From Candidatus Kaiserbacteria bacterium (GTDB lineage Bacteria; Patescibacteriota; Minisyncoccia; Phycocordibacterales; UBA2100), in the NCBI GenBank assembly GCA_963767115.1, contig CAVYCR010000003.1, positions 27,559-91,558 on the forward strand: DNA of 64,000 bases, in the 5' to 3' direction. The translations under genes and the position numbers were made by a program. Positions within the stretch are counted from its first letter, which is position 1; every line of letters starts with the position of its first letter. The notes beneath the pieces were generated by a model, which did no database searches, was not told the origin of the DNA, and saw only the letters and a list, made by a program, of their open reading frames with translations. This document shows, piece after piece, positions 56,932 to 64,000 of the stretch.

Positions 56932-56957
56932 TGTCCACTTATCTACTTAGACCTAGT

Positions 56958-57575
56958 TTATTGCGGCGTCTGGCTCGGCGTGGGCGGGAGCATCACGCCA
57001 CCGATGAGATACACGACACCGTTCGACGCTTTGTATTGCGTGATGATGATCGCATTGCCTACGCGAGCGATGTTGTCAGAGTAGGTGAAGTTGATGGCGT
57101 CGCCCGAGAGCGCCTGGATCGAGCCCACACTGAGCGCGGTGTCGTCGATAGCGCGGCCCGAGACGACAGCGTATTCCACATAGCGCTTGAATTGCGCGGC
57201 GGACATGTCGGAGATAGTCCCTGCGGGAAGCTCGCTCAGAGCGCCGTCGGTCGGCACGAAGATCGTGTACGGACCTTTGCCGGTGAGCTTGGCGCCAACG
57301 CCACTCGTCTCAAGGTACGATGCGAAGCGCGTCGCGCCGGGGATGCTCTCGGCGACCGCGACGACGGAGTCCGACGTGCGGCTCACACTCTGCGGCGCAG
57401 AGGTCGTCGCCATATTCGCAGTAGTCGAAGTAGCAGTGCTACTGGTGCTCGTCGACATACCACCAAGCTGCATCCCTACCGGGCCACTGCCTGCGTACCA
57501 CCACCAGCCAAGACCGACTACGAGGATAACTGCGACGACTCCAACCCAGATATCTCTGCTTTTCATATATTTCAT
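56958..57575 (-). CDS. fasciclin (FAS1) domain protein, membrane-anchored
   Basis: GPYTIFVPTDGALSELP and NGVVYLIGGVMLPP are FAS1 H1/H2-like motifs. N-terminal TM helix. Confidence 0.75.
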   Translation of the reverse strand: MKYMKSRDIWVGVVAVILVVGLGWWWYAGSGPVGMQLGGMSTSTSSTATSTTANMATTSAPQSVSRTSDSVVAVAESIPGATRFASYLETSGVGAKLTGKGPYTIFVPTDGALSELPAGTISDMSAAQFKRYVEYAVVSGRAIDDTALSVGSIQALSGDAINFTYSDNIARVGNAIIITQYKASNGVVYLIGGVMLPPTPSQTPQ

Positions 57576-57679
57576 GTGGATGAACTTGTAATTGATTGCA
57601 CCGACAACGTCTCGACTTTCTTCATGATGCAACTCCTATGATAATGCCTCTTTCGTGTGAACGTATCATGAAGCAAATA

Positions 57680-57696
57680 CAGAGGTCAGACCTCTG
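57680..57696. repeat. second copy of the palindrome cagaggtcagacctctg
   Basis: Lies in the divergent promoter region between the fasciclin gene and the P-loop gene. Confidence 0.8.
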
Positions 57697-57767
57697 CATC
57701 ATACTCCCCTGTCTATGGTTTGCCCGCTGTGATATGGTGGCCTGAGTAGATGCAAATGGAGATCCCT

Positions 57768-58343
57768 ATGACGACAGTGATGGGAGTGATAGGAAGAAAC
57801 GGCGCCGGCAAGTCGACCCTTGTGCGACTCTTACGAGAGATATGCGTCGGCAGCAGCATTGAGTCCCATTCCTCTGGCGCGCTCATGGTTGAGACACTTG
57901 GCCTCTGGGGCGTCGCGCTGACTAGGGACAACCTGCAAAAGCTTCCCGTCATGATGGAAGCGACGTACGGCACAGGCTTGCTTGCTAACGCCATGCGAGC
58001 GCGGCTCGAGGCGAGCTGCGCAGACATCGCGATATTTGACGGCCTGCGCTGGCAAAACCAGCTTTACAGCGTACAGTCATTCACACCACACGTGCTCGTG
58101 TACGTCGATGCACCGCAAGATCTGCGCTTCGAACGCTTGAGGGCACGCGCGACCAAGCCGGGCGAGGCAGCCATGAACCGGGAACAATTCCTGAAGGAAG
58201 AACAGGCGCCGACAGAAGTAGAGATCAGCCTGATCGCCCACGAAGCAGACTTCACGATACACAACACCGGGGATCTCGACGATTACCGCGCACAAGTCCT
58301 CAACCTGTGCCAGCAGTACAGACTTATAGCGGCGCTCTCATGA
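57768..58343 (+). CDS. P-loop NTPase, small nucleotide-kinase-like
   Basis: Walker A GRNGAGKST. GGAG sits 6 nt before ATG 57768. Family not resolved. Confidence 0.5.
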   Translation: MTTVMGVIGRNGAGKSTLVRLLREICVGSSIESHSSGALMVETLGLWGVALTRDNLQKLPVMMEATYGTGLLANAMRARLEASCADIAIFDGLRWQNQLYSVQSFTPHVLVYVDAPQDLRFERLRARATKPGEAAMNREQFLKEEQAPTEVEISLIAHEADFTIHNTGDLDDYRAQVLNLCQQYRLIAALS

Positions 58344-58465
58344 GCGCCGTTTTCATTGATAGTGTCGCGATGCAAATTTTGAAGCACGTCAAGTCTCTGC
58401 TACTATGGCGGTGTTCCTCTCGCTAAGTATTTAGGGGCGTGCCCCGCAAAGCCTTGGCGAAGTAG

Positions 58466-58537
58466 GGCCCTATCGTCTAACGGTTAGGACGCCGGCTTCT
58501 CAAGCCGTTAATCGGGGTTCGATTCCCCGTAGGGTCA
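58466..58537 (+). tRNA. tRNA-Glu (anticodon CUC); CCA not encoded
   Basis: Manual cloverleaf. Acceptor GGCCCTA/TAGGGTC (one G-U pair), D-arm GTCTAACGGTTAGGAC, anticodon loop TTCTCAA, T-arm CGGGG-TTCGATT-CCCCG, discriminator A. Confidence 0.85.
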
Positions 58538-58585
58538 CAAAAATAACGAGACCGATGCATGTCATCGGGCGAATCTATTTTTGTA

Positions 58586-58714
58586 GGCCCTACGGGGAAT
58601 CGAAAGACGGAGGCGAGGTCCCCTGCAAGCTTGCAGGGCGCCCAGTCAGGGTCGTGGAATTTTTGGAGCGACGGCGACAAAAATATCCCTGACCGATCCC
58701 CGTAGGGTCACAAA
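58586..58714. repeat. structured ~130-bp segment bounded by an inverted and a direct copy of the tRNA-Glu 3' end
   Basis: 58586-58604 ggccctacggggaatcgaa is inverted relative to the tRNA T-arm/acceptor. 58694-58714 cgatccccgtagggtcacaaa is direct. Perfect 18-bp palindrome ccctgcaagcttgcaggg at 58621-58638. Confidence 0.75.
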
Positions 58715-58718
58715 TTTA

Positions 58719-59075
58719 TTGCACCACATCTTTACATCTTTTGCGGGGTCTGACCCCCATTCGCTCGTTGCGCTGGCCAGAGTGATCGCATTTGTGCTCG
58801 CAATCGGTTTTTCTTATTTTGGCGATATGCACATAGCGGGAGGTCCTATGCGAGCTGCGATACTGGCCGGTATCGTTGCCGTCTTCGCAGTGAGGTACCC
58901 TGACGCATCAAGGTGGCTCATGATCATACTTATATGTTTTGAGCCGGAGCTTCAGGCCACGACGCAAGGTGAGTCCCTGATATTCGTGTTCATTTGTATG
59001 GTACTTCTATTCCCAATGCTCTTCACCCTTTGCCTAAACCAGATCAGATCTGACCGAGGCGAAAGGATCGGATGA
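58719..59075 (+). CDS. hypothetical small membrane protein (TTG start)
   Basis: 118-aa hydrophobic ORF. ATGA overlap with the next ORF suggests translational coupling. Confidence 0.35.
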   Translation: MHHIFTSFAGSDPHSLVALARVIAFVLAIGFSYFGDMHIAGGPMRAAILAGIVAVFAVRYPDASRWLMIILICFEPELQATTQGESLIFVFICMVLLFPMLFTLCLNQIRSDRGERIG

Positions 59076-59407
59076 AGAAACTAGCGAAAGAGCGGCATCG
59101 GCTCGACTTCGTGGCCGTGCCCGCCACACAGACGTCGCACCTTCTCGTAGTGCGGCTGATGCATGATGGCTCGGTCTGCGTGCGGCCATACGGACCTATG
59201 CCATCCAAAAGAGTAACGTCGATGCAGGCGCCTGCACGGATACGCTGGTGGAAGCGGCATCTCCCCTACGCCCGGGGAAGGATTCGCTGGTATGATTACA
59301 TATCGAAATATGAGCGGAAGATATATCTGAAATCAATCGGGATTCGTGCTCCATGGAGACAGCACATCAGAGACATCGATGAATACGCGCAAAGAGCCGC
59401 CCGTTGA
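59072..59407 (+). CDS. hypothetical basic Arg/Trp-rich protein
   Basis: 111 aa. The stop codon lies in the loop of a good terminator. Confidence 0.4.
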   Translation: MKKLAKERHRLDFVAVPATQTSHLLVVRLMHDGSVCVRPYGPMPSKRVTSMQAPARIRWWKRHLPYARGRIRWYDYISKYERKIYLKSIGIRAPWRQHIRDIDEYAQRAAR

Positions 59408-59423
59408 GGGCGGCTTTTCTTTT
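59396..59423 (+). terminator. Rho-independent terminator
   Basis: gccgccc-gttga-gggcggc followed by ttttctttt. Confidence 0.75.
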
Positions 59424-59428
59424 GCCAG

Positions 59429-60721
59429 TTATCGATCCTTCCATTCGCTCTCCTGCCGCACGAGAAGCTCCGGCGCTTTTGAGGGTTCCTCAAGGAGGAG
59501 CGCAACGGTCTTTTCCATCCGCATCGACTGCGAGCCTTTGACGAGGATGATGTCGCCCTCCCTGATCTCTTGCACGAGTTCCACCGCTGCGCGCTCCGCT
59601 TCGCCTACTTCGTATTCGCGCACTTGGACGTCGCTCATTCCCGCATCAAGCGCTGCCTCGCCGATCACGCGTGCACGGAAGCCTATTGTAATGAGCATAT
59701 CGGCACACTGCGCTGCGCGCTCCCCTACGTGGCGGTGCGCATCGGTCGAATATCTTCCGAGCTCAAGCATGTCGCCGAGGATGGCGATCTTGCGGCCGGT
59801 AGTCTCTATCGAAGCGAGTGTATCGAGGGCAGCGAGTACTGCTGCGGGAGAAGAGTTGTACGTGTCGTCGATCACGGTGCTGCTGCGGATGCCCGAAAGC
59901 ACGCGCATGCGGCCGGGCGGCGGCGACCATTGCAGCAAGCCTGCGGAGGCATTCGCGAGATCGATGCCAACGGTATCGGCGACGGCGAGCGCGGCGAGCG
60001 CCGCTGAGACGCGCGGATACCCGAGCGAGCCGCGGATCGTTATCTCCTCAGAAGTCTCGGAGTGATTCGCGCGAAACATCATACCGAGGGGCTTGCCTTC
60101 GCTGTAGAGCACGCGACTCTCGGACGCGAAGAAATCGTCATTTCCTTCGATGCCAAAAGTGACCGAGCGCCCGTGGAAATCACTGCGCAGGTCGCTCATG
60201 CGCGGGTCGTCGCCGTTAACCACGAGCGTGCCGCCGGGCTTCATGTACTCCGCGAGCTGGCGCTTCTCGCGCAGCACCGCTTCCGGCGAATCGAAAAACT
60301 CGACATGCACGGGGATCTCGGGGATCGCGGTGATCACCGCGATGTCGGGCCGCAGCCAGCGCGCGACATTCTTAATGTCATTCGGCCGGTCAGCACCGAC
60401 TTCGAGGACGAGCCATTCGGGATATTCGCTCTTGACGATGATCAGCAAAAAGCCGCTGACGATGTTGGCGATCCATTTGAACGGGTTTTGCCACGCATTC
60501 TCGAGGCCGAGGATCGTGAGCGGCACGCCAAGCTCGCTGTTGAAGCTCTTCTGGCTTTTGCGGATGCGCAGGCTCGACGAGAGCGCCGCGAAGATCGCGT
60601 CCTTGGTCGTCGTCTTGCCGACGCTCCCGGTGACCGCGATGATGCGTGGAGAGTAGCGCGCGAGCACGAGACGCGCTTCCCAGGTCAGTATGGCGACAAT
60701 GATTTTCTTAAAAAATTGCAT
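59429..60721 (-). CDS. murF: UDP-N-acetylmuramoyl-tripeptide--D-alanyl-D-alanine ligase
   Basis: 430 aa. IIAVTGSVGKTTTK (Mur ligase P-loop). Confidence 0.9.
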   Translation of the reverse strand: MQFFKKIIVAILTWEARLVLARYSPRIIAVTGSVGKTTTKDAIFAALSSSLRIRKSQKSFNSELGVPLTILGLENAWQNPFKWIANIVSGFLLIIVKSEYPEWLVLEVGADRPNDIKNVARWLRPDIAVITAIPEIPVHVEFFDSPEAVLREKRQLAEYMKPGGTLVVNGDDPRMSDLRSDFHGRSVTFGIEGNDDFFASESRVLYSEGKPLGMMFRANHSETSEEITIRGSLGYPRVSAALAALAVADTVGIDLANASAGLLQWSPPPGRMRVLSGIRSSTVIDDTYNSSPAAVLAALDTLASIETTGRKIAILGDMLELGRYSTDAHRHVGERAAQCADMLITIGFRARVIGEAALDAGMSDVQVREYEVGEAERAAVELVQEIREGDIILVKGSQSMRMEKTVALLLEEPSKAPELLVRQESEWKDR

Positions 60722-60740
60722 GTAATGAATTGGATTTTCT

Positions 60741-60768
60741 GAAAGCTGAAACCTGACAGCTGAAAGCT
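60741..60768. repeat. four tandem heptads gaaagct gaaacct gacagct gaaagct
   Basis: Spacer between ftsI and murF. Confidence 0.7.
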
Positions 60769-60769
60769 A

Positions 60770-62491
60770 CTATCTATCTGGCGGGATGTTGTAGTAGTTT
60801 ATCAGGAATTGCTCGAGCTGGTAGTATGGGAGATCCCACGTGTAGGCGGAATATTCTTGCCCGATAGGATGATATGCGTAGAGGAAGACGATGAATCGCG
60901 GGCTGCTTGCAGGGAAATAACCGAAGAAAGAGTGGATGTAATACGAGCCTGGGTAGTAGCCGCCGGTTGCAGGGTCTGGGATCTGCGCGGTGCCGGTCTT
61001 CGCGGCGGCAGTGTAATGCTGCATTTTGATCTGACCGTTGAGTTCGTAATCGTCATAGACGGTCTCGAGCATGTTGGTCACGGTCTGCGCGCTTGAAGGC
61101 TTCAAAACCTGCGGACCTTGCGGATATGAGAGCGAACGCGTGATGCCGTTTTCATATTGGATTCCCGTCACCACATGCGGCGTCACCAAAGTACCATTGT
61201 TGGCGAGGAGGTCGATCGCGCGTATCATTTCGATCGGCGTCACCGTGATCCCTTGTCCAAAGGATGCAGTATCGAAGTTGACGGCGGGGCCCGAGCCATC
61301 GTCGAGATTGGTAAGATTGCCGGTCTGCTCGTCGGGCAAATCGATGCCGGTCGAGCTCGCAAGGCCGTAGGATTTCATATACTTGGTAAAGGTCGGATAG
61401 CCGGTCTGTGTCGCGATCCAACTCGCGCCGACGTTGAGCGACTGGTCAAGCACGACAGGTACGGGGATCACACCGCGTGCCTTGAAGTCATAATTGCAGA
61501 CTTTGGCACCGCTCACGGTGATGCATCCCGTGTCGTCATAAGTAGTCGAGGCGCTGATTGCTCCGCTGTCGATGCCCGCAGCCATAGTAAGCGGTTTCAT
61601 GATCGATCCGAGCTCGTAACGACCTGACACGAGAGAGTTCTGATAGACCGACGGATCGCTCGCTGCGCTGTAGTCGTTGGGGTCATAGGTTGGATCCATC
61701 GCCATCGCATAAATCGCACCGGTCTTTGCGTCCATGATGATCCCGCCGTCGAAGGCCGGCGTGTACTGCTTCATGATCTGGTCAAGCGTCTTCTGCAGCT
61801 CCTGCTGCACAGTCGGCTCGATAGAAGTAATGATCGAGCCAGATTGGGCAGAAGGGTTGAGCGTGACGAGATCCTGCACGTTGGCGAAGATCTCCGCGAA
61901 GGGGTTCACGTAGAGACCTGAGTTGGGCTCGACAAGCGTGTCGTTGTATTGCTTCTCGAGCCCGTATTCGCCGACCTTCTCTGACGAAGTACCCTCATAA
62001 CCGACAAAGCCAAGTACCTGAGCAGCAAGATCACCGCCTGGGTATTCGCGCCACTGATCCTGAGCAAGGATCACTCCCGGGATGTTGGATGCCTGCACCT
62101 TGGAGCCGACATCCGCATCGAGATGAATAGCGACTTCTTGATAAGTCCCGCCTGATTGCAGAGCGGCATCGAAGTGAGATTGGTCGATCGGCGTGATCGC
62201 GTCAAGCAATTGGTATGTCTTTTGCGGATCGGTGATCTCGGAAGGATCGATGGCGATGTCGTAGCCGGTCTCAGAGACGGCAGCGGCGACCAACTGCCCC
62301 GTCTTGGTAGTGAAATAAATATTGCCTCGGTTGTCGCCCTGGGTGTCGGGCTCGATGTATTGTCCAAGGGCTTCTTGCTCGTAGGAGCTGCCGTGCACGA
62401 TCTGTACGAAGTACAGCCTGAGCATGATGGTCAGCGCTACAAGTATGAAAACGACGGAGAGGATCCGCGCCCGGAAAACAATCGACTTCAT
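60770..62491 (-). CDS. ftsI: class B penicillin-binding protein (transpeptidase)
   Basis: SxxK (SIMKP), SxN (SLN), KTGTA. N-terminal anchor. Confidence 0.9.
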   Translation of the reverse strand: MKSIVFRARILSVVFILVALTIMLRLYFVQIVHGSSYEQEALGQYIEPDTQGDNRGNIYFTTKTGQLVAAAVSETGYDIAIDPSEITDPQKTYQLLDAITPIDQSHFDAALQSGGTYQEVAIHLDADVGSKVQASNIPGVILAQDQWREYPGGDLAAQVLGFVGYEGTSSEKVGEYGLEKQYNDTLVEPNSGLYVNPFAEIFANVQDLVTLNPSAQSGSIITSIEPTVQQELQKTLDQIMKQYTPAFDGGIIMDAKTGAIYAMAMDPTYDPNDYSAASDPSVYQNSLVSGRYELGSIMKPLTMAAGIDSGAISASTTYDDTGCITVSGAKVCNYDFKARGVIPVPVVLDQSLNVGASWIATQTGYPTFTKYMKSYGLASSTGIDLPDEQTGNLTNLDDGSGPAVNFDTASFGQGITVTPIEMIRAIDLLANNGTLVTPHVVTGIQYENGITRSLSYPQGPQVLKPSSAQTVTNMLETVYDDYELNGQIKMQHYTAAAKTGTAQIPDPATGGYYPGSYYIHSFFGYFPASSPRFIVFLYAYHPIGQEYSAYTWDLPYYQLEQFLINYYNIPPDR

Positions 62492-62520
62492 GTGACACTT
62501 ATTATAACGCGTTTAAGAGC

Positions 62521-62928
62521 CTAGATCGCGGTGCTTGCGATGGTACCTGCATCACTTACCTGATCCGGGCGGTCAACGTAGTTGGTATCTTGTACCGGTA
62601 CCAAGCCAATGCTCGCTCCTGCCTGCGGCGTGATCTCTTGCGTCAGTGCGAAATACTGATTCTCAAGGCCACCGATCGAAGCATCGATCTGATTGATCTG
62701 CGTGAGCGCTTCGCGCCGATACATCACGTTGAGTACTGCAGCGGAGACGAAATAGAGATAGAGGCAGATGAGGACGATGATCGCGAAGTAGAGACCGCGC
62801 AGAATATTGCGTTCGATAGGAAACTCGGTGGCAAGCGCATTACGCGGCTTCGCCGCTACCGCTGCAAAATCGAGCCGTCCTTGGAAGACAGATGCCTGGT
62901 GCTTACTGGTCTTGGTTTGATGGCTCAT
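62521..62928 (-). CDS. ftsL: FtsL-like single-pass division protein
   Basis: 135 aa with one TM helix and a short coiled coil. Positioned between rsmH and ftsI. Confidence 0.55.
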   Translation of the reverse strand: MSHQTKTSKHQASVFQGRLDFAAVAAKPRNALATEFPIERNILRGLYFAIIVLICLYLYFVSAAVLNVMYRREALTQINQIDASIGGLENQYFALTQEITPQAGASIGLVPVQDTNYVDRPDQVSDAGTIASTAI

Positions 62929-62934
62929 AGGTAG

Positions 62935-63873
62935 TTATATTTTTTCTACGATTCGAAGCTTGGCGCTGCGTGCACGGGGGTTTTCTTTTAATTCCGAAGC
63001 TGAAGGCTTGAGCGGAGAGTGCGTGATCCGCCGGATGATTCCGATACGTTCCTGTTCGAGAAAGAGTTCTTTGACGGCGCGATCCTCGATGCTGTGGAAG
63101 GTAATGACTGCGACGCGCCCATTGCTCGCGAGAAGATCGAGCGCATCAGTGATCCCCTGCTTGAGCGCACCGAGCTCGTCGTTGACTGCGATACGAAGTG
63201 CTTGAAATGTCTTCGTCGCGGGATGAATGCGGCCGTGGCGGTATACTGCTGGCACTGACGCTTTGATGACTTCGGCAAGATCAGATGCGATCTCAAAGCG
63301 CTTGGTGGAACGACGCTCCACGATCGCTTTGGCGATCCGCCGTGAGTATCGCTCATCGCCCCAGCCGTAGATCACATCCGCGATAGATTCTTCCTGCCAC
63401 GTGTTGACGATCTTTGCGGCAGTGAGACTGTTTACATCCAACTCTTTGGCGTAGGTCATCAGCAGTGGTTCATCTGACAAGAATGAGAATCCTCTGCCGG
63501 AGGCGAGCTGGTATCCGCTCCAACCAAGGTCGAAAAGTGCCTTATCGATCTTCTCGATGCCATGATCATTCAGCGCGCGCTTGATGTCTCTAAAGTTGTC
63601 TTCTATACAAAATTTTTGCGCCTGTGCGTCTTTCAAAAGTATCTGTGCCCTTTCGATCGCGTCATGATCGAGGTCAAAGCCGATGAACGTGCCGCTTGCG
63701 TCGAGTTTCTCAGCGATGGCACGAGCATGGCCCGCGCCGCCGAGTGTCGCGTCGACGATAATATCATCAGGCCGTATCTCGAGGCCTTCTATTGCTTCGT
63801 GTAAAAGAACCGAGCGGTGCACTATGGTTGATGGCACCGGGTCGCTGGAGGAAAGTGCTCGTCGCGTGCGCAT
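62935..63873 (-). CDS. rsmH: 16S rRNA (cytosine1402-N4)-methyltransferase
   Basis: HRSVLLHEAIEGL..., DATLGGAGH, FDLGWSGYQL. Start at ATG 63873. Confidence 0.9.
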   Translation of the reverse strand: MRTRRALSSSDPVPSTIVHRSVLLHEAIEGLEIRPDDIIVDATLGGAGHARAIAEKLDASGTFIGFDLDHDAIERAQILLKDAQAQKFCIEDNFRDIKRALNDHGIEKIDKALFDLGWSGYQLASGRGFSFLSDEPLLMTYAKELDVNSLTAAKIVNTWQEESIADVIYGWGDERYSRRIAKAIVERRSTKRFEIASDLAEVIKASVPAVYRHGRIHPATKTFQALRIAVNDELGALKQGITDALDLLASNGRVAVITFHSIEDRAVKELFLEQERIGIIRRITHSPLKPSASELKENPRARSAKLRIVEKI

Positions 63874-63926
63874 GACGTATACAAATCCTCCAACGACCAG
63901 GTACAACCAAACAGTAACCAGTGGGA

Positions 63927-64000
63927 TTACAGAGCGCCGATCTCACCGAGCTTCTCGGCCATCGCGTCTGCCTGACTCACGATGCGCTGCTTGTACTCGC
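63927..64000 (-). CDS. 3' end of an upstream gene (possibly mraZ by position)
   Basis: Minus-strand frame reads ...EYKQRIVSQADAMAEKLGEIGAL* with stop TAA at 63927-63929. The gene extends beyond the window, and its identity is inferred only from dcw gene order. Confidence 0.3.
   Translation of the reverse strand, partial: EYKQRIVSQADAMAEKLGEIGAL

Overview
This is a compact, GC-rich bacterial window with about 90% coding density. I found no rRNA, CRISPR array, transposase or integrase. Several traits suggest a Patescibacteria/CPR-type genome, which is inference only: a minimal dcw and ATP-synthase gene set, short aminoacyl-tRNA synthetases, and DUF5671-like and sunset-domain proteins.

Core content, in order:
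- alaS (3' part) and pepF
- infA-rpmJ-rpsM-rpsK-rpsD-rpoA-rplQ-rplM-rpsI
- grpE-[wHTH regulator]-dnaK-dnaJ
- thrS/trpS/aspS and scpAB
- a DD-carboxypeptidase, then mraY-ftsW-murG-gltX and an M23 peptidase
- rpmA/rplI, ctpA, corA, cysS, leuS and ychF
- the full F1Fo operon (atpBEFHAGDC, minus strand)
- tRNA-Glu(CUC)
- murF-ftsI-ftsL-rsmH

Accessory patches:
- 15.9-19.0 kb: secreted protein, FabZ-like hotdog protein, orphan histidine kinase.
- 31.9-35.7 kb: about 1.1 kb with no convincing ORF but three terminators, a DUF433-like gene, an AT-rich Doc toxin pair, and a Nudix + DEDD exonuclease pair.
- 47.2-50.2 kb: Fic, flavodoxin-fold reductase, RNHCP protein.

Main second-look items:
1. A complete Nudix domain is embedded inside LeuRS.
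2. A wHTH + PaaX_C/Cas2-like gene sits between grpE and dnaK, bracketed by two near-identical 36-bp palindromes. This is a candidate HrcA/CIRCE replacement.
3. A family of intergenic foldback elements has conserved cores and locus-specific, perfectly complementary 25-37 bp arms. Two copies show compensatory base-pair changes.
4. Four +1 frameshifts interrupt rpoA, atpF and atpB, and all four lie on a sense-strand CTTC.
5. The 3' end of tRNA-Glu is present three times (direct, inverted, direct) around a 150-bp structured segment.
6. ThrRS lacks all N-terminal domains.
7. Heptanucleotide tandem repeats occupy operon-internal spacers.

All homology calls come from reading the translations by eye. 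No database search was run.
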